DNA from: Octopus sinensis
Taxonomy: Eukaryota
Reading direction: 5' to 3'
Assembly (NCBI RefSeq): GCF_006345805.1
Contig: NC_043004.1
Coordinates: forward strand, 106,206,001 to 106,270,000
DNA length: 64,000 nucleotides
Every line of letters begins with the position of its first letter. Positions within the stretch are counted from its first letter, which is position 1. This document shows, in pieces, positions 13,152 through 23,935 of the stretch. The position numbers were made by a program, and so were the translations under genes. The notes beneath the pieces were generated by a model. It did not search any database. It was given only the letters and a program-made list of their open reading frames with translations, and was not told where the DNA came from.

Positions 13152-14033
13152 ATGGTTTGTGTGTTTGTGTAATTGGAAGGGCCCACCCACCCTTGTGTTC
13201 TCTTTATTCTCAATGGCAACAGACCAATTTATATATTTATATTCTAACCCATTAAAGTATTTCTACAATATCCGTTCAAAATTACTGTTCATTATTTCAC
13301 TTCTTGTAGAAAAATAATTGATTCATTAACGTATGTTTATTTTGCAAGAAAGTATTTTTTGTTTTTATCATCATCATCATCATCAATGTCTGTCAATATA
13401 CTCTTTACCTTGTTAGCCTATTAGTCATATGGAAAACAGGGGATGTGATGACAGTGTACTGTAGTATACACTTCTCACCATTATCCAGTCTTGTTTACTG
13501 AAAGTTAGTTTTCTTTTTTTTTTTTTTGTGTGTGTATAACACACGAGTTTAACCACTTCAACATATTTGGCTTTGGACTACATCACACCAGTGGAGACCA
13601 GTCTACTTACTAATTACTTCCCAATAGTTTATAATAATAATAATAATAATGATAATAAATGCCCAGCCATTAGATTACACTCAATTGAATTAATAAATGG
13701 TTTAGTGTGTTGGTGGGTGGGGTTGGAAAGCTTAGCAAAGTGGAGGTGGTCAGCAAGAGTTAATCAAATAAGCAGGTTGTTAGTGGTATTTTGTTGTTGT
13801 GGTTGTTGTCATACTGGCTTGATTACTTTCGGGTGTTTACAGTGTTGATGTATTTACTCCGGTCTTTCTATCAGGTTTCATGTGATTAGTTTGATGGTCA
13901 GTAAGGGAGGGGCTTTGCTACAAACTCTTTACCTACCGGTTTCTATACCTTAATGAAAATCAATAAGGAACCTAAAATTCCACTCAGTATGTAATGTTGA
14001 TTTGGTTCAATGGTTGGAATTTAAACAGATTTC

Positions 14034-14068
<35 letters not shown>

Positions 14069-14721
14069 TCTCGAAGGGAATGAAAAATAAAAGCATTTAC
14101 CATCTATAAATGTCCAGCCATTAAATGTTTTTATCTTTCATTCCCTTTGAGAATTTATCCCTAATTAGTGGTTTGGACTTTAGCTGTTCCTTCTAGCATA
14201 AGGGAGTCCTATGATGGATACCTCTTAATGTGTTTAAATGTACACTGTATTTTGACTAATTTTTCTGTACACTAGGCCACTGGTAGTAAAAATTTCTAAA
14301 ATCTTTATTATCCTGATATTATATATATGTATATGGGGGGGGGGATGCATGCATGCCCTGAGGCATGTTTGTGTGATTAAGAAGCTTATTTCTCAGTCAT
14401 GAAGTCTTGGGTCCAGTCCCTCTGCATGGCATCTTGGGCAAGTGTCTTCTGCTACAGCAAGCATAGATCAAAGCCTTGTGAGTGGGTTTGGCATATGGAA
14501 ATTGAAAGAAGCCCATTATATATATATATATATATATAAAACAAGTGGTACCCTGGAGGTTACGATATGTTCCAGTCGATATGATCAGTGTAACAACCTC
14601 CTCATGAAATTAACATGCAAGTTGATATGCATGCTCCACTGACACGCATATCATCAACATAGTTCTCAAGGAGATTCAGTGTGACACAGAATGTAGCATG
14701 GCTGGCCCTTTGAAATACAAG

Positions 14722-14761
<40 letters not shown>

Positions 14762-14919
14762 GCATGTATGTTATGTTTGTGTGCTCTCTTGTTGAGACAT
14801 CATGTGATGGTACTAAATGAGCATCACCATCATACATCATCCAGCCTCCTGTGGAAACAGTTGAGGATTGACAATAGGAAGGACAACTATCACACCAACA
14901 ACCACTTTGAACACCTTTT

Positions 14920-15287
14920 TGAGCTCCATGTGTCTAATACACATGGGCATGCATCAGAGACCCCCTTTGGTCACGAATGACCATGGGATTGCACCTAGAA
15001 AGTTACCCTCCCAGGCACAAGTCCGGGCAAGGTTGTTTATGGAAGCCCAGCAGTCGCCATGCATACCAGCCTCCTTGCTGCATGCCACCGATGTTATCCA
15101 AGGGAGAGGCAAAAGCGGATACAGCTTGGCACCAGTGATGTTGCAACTCATTTCTACAGCTGAGTGAACTGAGCAATGTGAAATAAAGTGTCTTGCTCAA
15201 GAACACAACATGCAGCCCAGTCCAGGATTCAAACTCACAACCTCACGGTCGTAAGTTCGACGCTCTAACCACTAATCTATGCACCTT
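14920..15287 (-). mobile_element. tRNA-derived SINE, family D
   Basis: Reverse-strand head aggtgcatagattagtggttagagcgtcg...gagtttgaatcc followed by gttcttgagcaagacact. The body is shared with a second minus copy at about 5960-6276. Related heads occur on + at about 18070, 22372 and 63492. Confidence 0.7.
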
Positions 15288-15989
15288 CATGCATACAAAG
15301 TCTGAAAACAGCACAGCTCCCATGACTTTCAAAATCATTTTTTCACACTCAGAGTTGCTGAAGCATGGAACAAACTCTACCTGCATCAGTTGTTAGTTGC
15401 CCAGACATTGCATCCTTTAAAACCTCCATGCTTCCTGAAATTCACCAACACTACACCTGATATCCACCCCACTCCATACACATGCACACTTGTATATTAT
15501 GACTCATACACAATATACATAACTTTTCCTGACTTTTGTACATAATTCTATGTACTGTATACATGCGCCTTTGATGAGTTGTAGTGCACCTGAGAACTAT
15601 ACACAATAACTTCATCATTATTATTACTACTACTACTACTATATTCTGATGATGAGGAGGATAAGATAAAAGTGATTTGCCCAAACACATGGTTATTTCT
15701 AGTTTCCAACATAGCAACTTAGTCTCTTGTGTATAACTCACACTTAAGTCATTGGCCACACAGTTTCTGACACAGCACAAACTGTTGTCCATTTACAGTG
15801 CTGGATACTTTGTCTAAAAGATCATGTGTTAGTTCCATTCTTTTAATACATTAGCCTTTTTTTTTTTTTTGCTAGGAAAAAATACAGAAAATTTAGAATT
15901 TTAAAGAAACGATTTATGATACTACTTGAAATTTGAGTTTAGTCTCTTTCTAAGATATCATGTGATTATTATTCATACATTTTAACATA

Positions 15990-16800
15990 TTTTTTCGTGT
16001 GTTTGTTTGTGTGTGTGTGTGTGTATATATATATATTATGTATGTGTGTGTATATATATATGTATGTGTGTGTATATATATATGTATGTGTGTGTATATA
16101 TATATGTATGTGTGTGTATATATATATATGTATGTGTGTGTATATATATATGTATGTGTGTATATATATATGTATGTGTGTGTATATATATATGTATGTG
16201 TGTGTATATATATATGTATGTGTGTGTGTATGTATGTGTGTGTATATATGTATGTGTGTGTATATATATATATATGTATGTATGTGTGTGTATATATATA
16301 TATGTATGTATGTGTGTGTGTATATATATATGTATGTATGTGTGTGTATATATATATGTATATATGTGTGTATGTGTATATATGTGTATGTATATATAAA
16401 TGTGTATATATATGTGTGTATGTATATATAAATGTGTATATATATGTGTGTATGTATATATAAATGTGTGTATATATATATGTATGTATGTGTATATATA
16501 TATATATGTATGTATGTGTATATATATATGTATGTGTGTATATATATATATATATGTTTGTATGTATATATATGTATGTATGTGTATATATATATGTATG
16601 TGTGTATATATATATGTTTGTATGTATTTATATCTATGTATGTGTGTATATGTATGTATGTGTGTGTGTATATATATATATGTATGTATGTGTGTGTGTA
16701 TATGTGTGTGTGTTTGTGTATACATACATACATACAAACAAACATACATCATACAAACATACATACATATATGTATGAATGTGTGTGTGTGTGTAATGGG
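15990..16800. repeat. Compound (TA)n/(TG)n microsatellite, about 0.8 kb
   Basis: Continuous TA/TG dinucleotide mosaic. It is the source of many spurious YI/HT/CV ORFs. Confidence 0.97.
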
Positions 16801-18779
16801 TAAAATTATATAAAAATATTGGCGGAAATACAATCTGACATGTTTTAAAATATGAGTGTGTGTGTGTGTGTGTGTGTGTTATGCGTTAGTATATTCTGTC
16901 AGCATTTGCTAAAGTGAGTTTGTTGCTAAAAGTTCTACCTTCTATAACCTCTCCATCTCCCAACCTCTTGGTCAATTAATCTAGATATTCTAATCTATTG
17001 CTGACTGTTATTAACTTGACAAACATGGGCTGCTGAGACAGCTTAAAGCTTTTCCTGTACTCCGATCGCCTGACACAGGAAATCATTGAAACACACAGCA
17101 ATTTTACAAGAGAGCACATATCCTTCATGATGCTGCTCTTTCCACAGTGAATCTTTTAACTCTTCGAATCTGTGGTTTGGGGTTTATTTTAATGCTTGGG
17201 TTTTTTTCACTGGTCAGAGAGGAGCAATCATACCTTTTGAGAGACCACTTCGTTTGTCGATGGGTGTATATGCATGCACACACTGTGTGTGTGTATGCAT
17301 GCATACATACAAAGATGTGTTTGTGTGAGTAGGCAAGCATGTGTGGACATCATTAGACTTCTTCGAGAAATTTTATTCTTAGGAAAGCATTTTTGTTATT
17401 TACTAACATAAAAGTGGTGAACTGGTAGAATTGTTGCTCAGCAGCATTTCATTCGGCTCTCTACATTCTGAGTTCAAATTCCACTGCAGTTGACTTTGAC
17501 TTTCATCCTTTTGAGGTTAAGAAAACAAGTACCAATTGAGCACTGGGGTCGATGTAATCAATACCTTAGCCCTAACATTGTTGGCATTGTACCAAAATTT
17601 GAAACCATTAGTTACTAGCATAAATTATTGACTCTTCAGAATATATTATCAAAGGCAGCGAGCTGGCAGAAACATTGGCCCACAAGGTGAAGTCGATTTT
17701 GTCTTTCATCCTTTTGGGGTTGATAAATTAAGCACCAGTTGCATACTGGGGTCGATCTAATCAACTAGCCTCTTCCCCCAAAATTTCAGGCCTTGTGCCT
17801 AGAGTAGAAAAGCATGTATCATCAATATGAACTTGCTTTAAAAAATTGATTTTAGTACATTCAAATTGTTTTCTTGTTATAAAAGCAAAGTCTACCTCTA
17901 GAAAGATAGATTAGTTGTTCAGACAGAAAACAATAGAATTGATAATCATCTGGATTATCAATATACATCAAGACTACAAGGTTAAGCAGAAAGAGATGAC
18001 TAAGATTACTGCTTTGAGGTCACTTAACTCTATTCAAAATTTTTAATATTCTTCCACTATTTACTTCATTAGTGGAGGTGCATGGCTTTGTGGTTGGGGT
18101 GTTTGACTCATAACTGCAAGTTGATGATTTTGATACCGAACTGGAATATGCATTGTGTTCTTGAGCAAAACATTTCATTTCTTGTTATTCCAGTTCACTC
18201 TGCTAGTAAAATGAGTAACCTTGTGATGAACTTGTGTTGCATCCAGGGAGGAATGCTTGAGAAACTGAGAAACTAACCATTTACTTCATTAAACATGACC
18301 TCAGAAGCTAGCACTCCCAGTTAAAAGTCTTTCTAGAACATTTGATTAGAGGAGAATCATTTAGTGTTGTTCAAAGAATTAGTTGTCTTTGGTATGTTTG
18401 TTCCCAAACAACACTTCTTTTAGTGCTGTTGATACCACTGGTAGATTGAATGGTACTGCCCAGGTGTTGAAACCATTATGATATCCATGGGGAAGCTGTT
18501 GATGGAGGTATGTTAGATTGTTGGCAGGGGCTGTTATTGTTTGTATGGAATAGTATTATAACACATCCTTCTGATATGTGTTGTCACTTGTTTTTCAAAC
18601 AGAATAATAGGACAGTTGAAGTTTAGAGTTTAGAATAATCAGCATAAGTCAGAAGACTATAACCAAGACTAAATTAATGGCTGGTAACAGGAGTCACAGA
18701 AACTTCAAGAAAGAGGTACTGCTCAGTTTGAAAGAAGAGAGCAGACAGAAGCTCAGCTCCATATGGTGGTCTATGCAAA

Positions 18780-19025
18780 GATTGTATACAAAAGATGTAT
18801 TGGAATTTGGTACACTGCACTGCAAGGTTGATAAACGAGAATCTATGAGTGAAAGACCATACATAATCCCAGATGGTCTGCTAGAAATGGTAGATAAGGT
18901 GACATAATTGGTTATGGTTGGTGGAACTAGTTTCAGTAGAATGGCTAGAATTAGGGTGATGCAGAAGAAATTTACATTGATATCTTTATTGGCAACTGAA
19001 CATTTCTTTCTGATTTAAAGACAGA
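18780..19025 (+). mobile_element. Decayed RTE-clade LINE ORF2 fragment
   Basis: Disrupted translation PDGLLEMVDK...GG...ARIRVMQKKF..ISLLAT resembles the recalled RTE ORF2 segment LEVVDxFxYLG...ARIRIGWxKFRELLPLL. Confidence 0.55.
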
Positions 19026-19122
19026 CAGTAGAATGGCTAGAATTAGGGTGATGCAGAAGAAATTTACATTGATATCTTTATTGGCAACTGAACATTTCTT
19101 TCTGATTTAAAGACAGACAGTA
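18934..19122 (+). repeat. Perfect 92-bp tandem duplication
   Basis: 18934-19025 is identical to 19026-19117, and CAGTA is present at the start, the junction and the end. Confidence 0.95.
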
Positions 19123-19401
19123 TCAGGCATCTAAAAGAGGTCATATCATATCTTTGGAGAAATTTTCTTAAAAAAGATTTTACATGTTTTCTTTGTTTAT
19201 TTGTTTGTTTTTTTTTTACCCTGCAGTCTTTTATGTTATATAGAAGATTGCTATATAACCTATATAACCTATATAACATTTGATATAAAACCTGGAACAA
19301 GCAGTACATAAACCAATAGGTTTCCAAAAGATTCATTGAAATTTTATAAGAAATTAATAAGAAATGAAAGCAACTAATCTTTGGAATCGTTTTCCAAACA
19401 T

Positions 19402-19591
19402 TTAACCCTTTAGCATTCAGATAATTCTGTCAAATGTAATGCTTATTGTTTTGTAGCTTGGAGATTTCAATGATGTGATGTTCATTTTTAAAATGACTTT
19501 GTATGGTGGGTGTAAAAGGCCAGTTCTGGCTGGTTTAAACAAAAATAAAACAGGTAGAATATTTGGATCAAGTAAAATGCTAATGAGTTAA
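19402..19591. mobile_element. piggyBac-like MITE, family 1
   Basis: TTAA flanks and TIR ttaaccctttagcatt / rc ttaactcattagcatt. Confidence 0.65.
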
Positions 19592-20221
19592 ATCTTATTT
19601 CTCTACCAAGAAAGATTAGTGATCAGATTAACTGAAGCATTTTACATTGTAAAAGACTTTTCTTGTAATCAGTTCATCCAGTTGTAATGTAGTGTTTCCC
19701 AATTCATTTAACATTAAACCTAATTCTTGCTTAGGTAGGATGTTTGCCTTATTGTAAGGTTGTTGCCCGGAAGATACTTAATGTCCTGAAACCACCAGAC
19801 TAATTGAGAAATCACCAGTCAGTTGAGCATCTTCTGTTAGAGGGGCTCTCCTCCTCCTTCCGCCAATGTGTTAGCTGTTATGAATCTCTCTAATAGTGGT
19901 GTCATTATTTATACCCCAAGAAGTAAACACCACTTCAGCGATCGTTACTTCAATGCAAGAATATCTATGTATTTACTCGGTCTGCTAGAAATAGCTGCTA
20001 AAATCTCCCTCATCACTCCATGCCACCTTCAAAAAGCAACACATAAACAAGTATATCCCTAGATATACAAAATGACCACAGCTAGAATTTCTCTGATCAT
20101 GGGTCTTCTCAATCGGGGATGATATGTACCTAAATAACAAATATGAGAGTAGAAATATCTTTTGCAAATTCTATCGTAACACAAGTTGACATGATAGGTA
20201 TAGGGTGATAAATTTTTAAAT

Positions 20222-20395
20222 AGGTGTAGGAATGGCTCTGTGGTAAGTAGCTTGGTTATGAACCACATGGTTCTGGCTTCATTCCCACTGCATGGCACCT
20301 TGGGCAAGTGTCTTCTACTATAGCCTCAGGCAGACCAAAGCCTTGTGAGTAAATTTGGTAGACGGAAACTGAAAGAAGCCCATCGTATATATGTA

Positions 20396-20455
<60 letters not shown>

Positions 20456-20679
20456 TGTATGTGTGTGTGTGTATATGTTTGTGTGTCTGTGTTTGTCCCC
20501 CCCAACATCGCTTGACAACCGATGCTGGTGTGTTTACATCCCTGTAACTTAGCAGTTCGGCAAAAGAGATCGATAGAATAAGTACTAGGCTTCCAAAGAA
20601 TAAGTCCTGGGGTCAATATTCTCAACTAAAGGCGGTGCTCCAGCATGGCCACAGTCAAATGACTGAAACGAGTAAAAGA
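20222..20679 (+). mobile_element. tRNA-derived CORE-like SINE, family A (young full-length copy, ending 87 bp upstream of exon C)
   Basis: tRNA-like head, core tggcaccttgggcaagtgtcttc, internal TA/TG microsatellite and tail ggcggtgctccagcatggcc...gactgaaac. Many homologous copies occur in the window. Confidence 0.85.
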
Positions 20680-20766
20680 ACTTTCTTCTTTCTGTGTGAT
20701 ATCATCATCATCACTTGTTATAAAAATCAATATTTTACTTCAATTCTTTATCTTTTTCTCTTTCAG

Positions 20767-20954
20767 GTTGTTGATTTCGGCTGGCCAGATCATCTGGCAC
20801 CACCCCTGGAGCGATTATGTAGCATTTGCAAATCTATTGACTCTTGGTTAAATTCTGACCCTCAGCATATTGTTGTCATTCATTGTAAAGGAGGCAAAGG
20901 TAGAATTGCCGTGGTTACTGCTGCTTACATGAACTACTGTAACATCTGCTCCAG
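20767..20954 (+). CDS. TNS: Tensin exon C (WPD loop and P-loop of phosphatase domain)
   Basis: Acceptor tttttctctttcAG and donor CAG|gtaact. [62 protein letters not shown]. 188 nt, phase 0 to 2. Confidence 0.97.
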
Positions 20955-21205
20955 GTAACTTGGAATTATATCTTTTTTTACCTCTGTTCCAAACACATTA
21001 CCATCACACTTGGCCAAGATATATCGATTCCAGGTAGATTCAAATTATATTTGGTGTAACTTAGACTAGTTCTAATTATTGGTATGTAAGTTTGGTGTCA
21101 TTGCTGGCACTATCTATTCCTGCTTTTATTGAAATTGCTCGAGCACATAGTTTTGATGTCGTTCCAAGCTCAATCTAGGATTAGCAGACCTGTAAATGGA
21201 ACTGG

Positions 21206-21720
21206 TCATCATCATCCTCGTTTAACATCCGTTTTCCATGCTGGCATGGGTTGGACGGTTTGACTTAAGTCTGGAAAGCCAGCGGCTGCACCAGGTTCCA
21301 GTCTGATCTGGCAATGTTTCTACAGCTAGGTACCCTTCCTAATGCCAACCACTCCAAGTGTGTTGTAGGTGCTTTTTACATGCCACCAGCATGGGAGCCA
21401 GTTGGTGGGGCATTGGCATCAACCATGTTAACAGGAAGCCAATCAGGTGGACCTAGCATCGACCATGTTCAGATGATGCATTTTATGTGCCACCGGCATG
21501 GGAACTAGTCAAGGGTCACTGGCATCGGCTATGTTTGGCTGGTGCATTTTACATGCCACTGGCACAAGAGCTAGTCAGGGAGCACTAGCATCAACCACGT
21601 TCAGATGGTGCATTTTATGTACCTCCGGCATGGAAGCCAGCCAGGCAGCACTGGCCACAGCTATGATACAGGTTTTACTTGACTCAAAAGGTCTTCTCGA
21701 GCATATTATATTGCCCAATG
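21206..21720 (-). mobile_element. Family C element with about 5 tandem subunits
   Basis: (CAT)n tail at the left, then the family C body, then repeated ...ttttacatgccac... units about 60 bp apart. A similar copy lies at 34150-34535. Confidence 0.75.
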
Positions 21721-22724
21721 CATCAAGGGTACTTTTAAATGGGCTGGACATGCAACACTGGCATCGGCCATGGCTGCAATCTCACTTTAGTAGCCAGGTC
21801 TTCTCAATCAAAACATATCTCCAAAGGTCTTGGTCTCCTGTCATTGCCTCCATGAGGCCCAATGTTTGAAGGTCATGCTTCACCTCCTCATCCCTTGTCT
21901 TCCTGGGTCTACCTTTTCTGCAGGTTTCTTCCACAGTTAGGATCACATTTAATGATTTTAGTTAATTTACCTGTGTATTCCTAAGTTTGCCACAGAAAAG
22001 TTAAATTTATTCTTGGGGCATTTCACATTTAACTGAACATACATTCTTACCTGTAACTTCTTTTATTTATCTCAGGTGAGTTCATATTTAATATTACCTC
22101 ATTTAGTTCCATGTGTAATATTTAATGTAGCTGTTCCCCTTTTTTATTCTTGCATTCGTGATCACATGATTGTGGTTTCGATTCCTGGACCAGGAGGTGT
22201 GTTGAGATCTTGAGCAAAACTCTTCATTTCACTTAGATCTTGTCCACTTAGCCATAAATGAGTGACCCTGCAACAAGCCAGTGTCCTGTTTACGGAAAGT
22301 CTTGTGATTTTGGTCACTTATACGCCTTATGAGTTCTAGGATTCAAGGCAGTACTTACTTATTTACTGTGGAGGCATGTGGCATAGTGGTTAGAGTGTTG
22401 GACTCATGATCGTAAGATTGTGGTTTCAATTTCTGGACTGGGCAATGCATTGTATTCTTGAGCAAAACACTTCACTTCATGTTGCTCCAGTTCCCTCAGC
22501 TGGCAAAAATGATTAATCCTGCAACGGACCAGGGTCGCATCCAGGTGGGGAATATATATATATGCCGTGAAACCAGGAAACCAGCCCTTATGAGTCGGTA
22601 TGATTCAAGAAAGTAACTGTATCTATACCTGTTACTTACCTGCTTCTTGCTTGCCAATCTTGGAATGTAGGAGTTGGTTTCACATTCTAATTGTAACTCA
22701 TCATTTTCCTTTTTTTTTTTCCAG

Positions 22725-22808
22725 CAAAGACCAAGCTCTTGATAGATTCGCTATGAAGCGATTTTATGATGACAAACTTGGTGGTTTGCCACAACCATCA
22801 CAGAGAAG
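22725..22808 (+). CDS. TNS: Tensin exon D (end of phosphatase domain)
   Basis: Poly-T acceptor ccAG and donor AAG|gtaaga. (S)[27 protein letters not shown](R). 84 nt, phase 2-2. Confidence 0.97.
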
Positions 22809-23705
22809 GTAAGACAACATATTTCTATTATTTCTTCCATTTATCCTTGGATGTTTTTTTTAGGATTACTGTTCTCTATTGCACATGACATTCTGGAAAC
22901 AACAAACCCGGATAGTGGATCACCATAGGTATCTGCTGAAATATCAGTGCACCATTGGTAGCTCTATTAAAATATAAGAATAGCAATTTGCACGGGCTAG
23001 CAAAGGAGCCTCTACATGGTCATACGCCCTGCAAGAAATAATTGCTAAATCTCCCTGAAATCACTCTCTTTCTTCAATAATACAGCCCTAGACATTCCTG
23101 AAAAGCAGGATGATTATGACTGAAACACCATAGGTCTACTCACTCAATGCTGGCCTGGGGTTAAACAGCAACCACAAAAACAGATTTAGCAGTGCAACTA
23201 TTGTATCTGTACATCATCATCATCATCATCATCATCAAATTACAACAGACCATGGCACTGGTAGAAATTTCACAGTAGCGTTTGTTGGTTTTCATGTCTT
23301 TTGTGTTCATTTGATTTTCCTTCTTCAAATCTTGTTTGTATAATTAGTGCAAATATAAGATTAATGTTTGTATTTATGCAAAAATAGTTGCTTAACATTA
23401 GTAAACTAATTGGTATGTTGACATACATTATAGCAAGATTTTGATAATATATCAGTTGAATATTGAGATCAGCTTAATCAATAGTTTCTAGCCTTTGCAA
23501 GTGTGAGATATTAATATTATCATTAGTAATAAAGTGGGAGCTAGCAGAATCATTAGCACACTGTCCATCTTTATGTTCTGAGTTCAATTTCTACTGAGGT
23601 TGACTTTGCCATTCATCTTTTCGGTACTGGGCTTCATGTAATCAACTTACCCATTCCACCGAAATTGCTGTGGCCTTGTGTCAAAAGTTGAAATGAATAT
23701 TTAAT

Positions 23706-23935
23706 TTCTTTATTGCCCACAAGGGGCTAAACATTGAGGGGACAAACAAGGACAGACAAAGGGATTAAGTCAATTACATTGACCCCAGTGCATAACGGGT
23801 ACTTATTTAATCGACCCTGAAAGGATGAAAGACAAAGTCAACCTCAGTGGAATTTGAACCCAGAATGTAACAGCAGACAAAATACCGCTAAGCATCTTGC
23901 CCAGCGTGCTAACGATTCTGCCAGCTTGCCACCCG
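23706..23935 (-). mobile_element. SINE family B, reverse orientation
   Basis: Reverse complement of the 10161 element including the long tail. Another minus copy lies at about 59770-59960. Confidence 0.8.

Noticed and set aside
14920-15287. tRNA-like sequences (also about 20222, 22372, 31375, 63492) as tRNA genes
   Set aside because: They have A/B-box-like heads but no complete cloverleaf, and they continue into repeat bodies, so they are SINE heads.
15969-16833. Long ORFs (up to 265 aa) of YI/HT/CV repeats, also at 11235-11852
   Set aside because: These are translations of dinucleotide microsatellites, open in several frames on both strands, with no splice or domain support.
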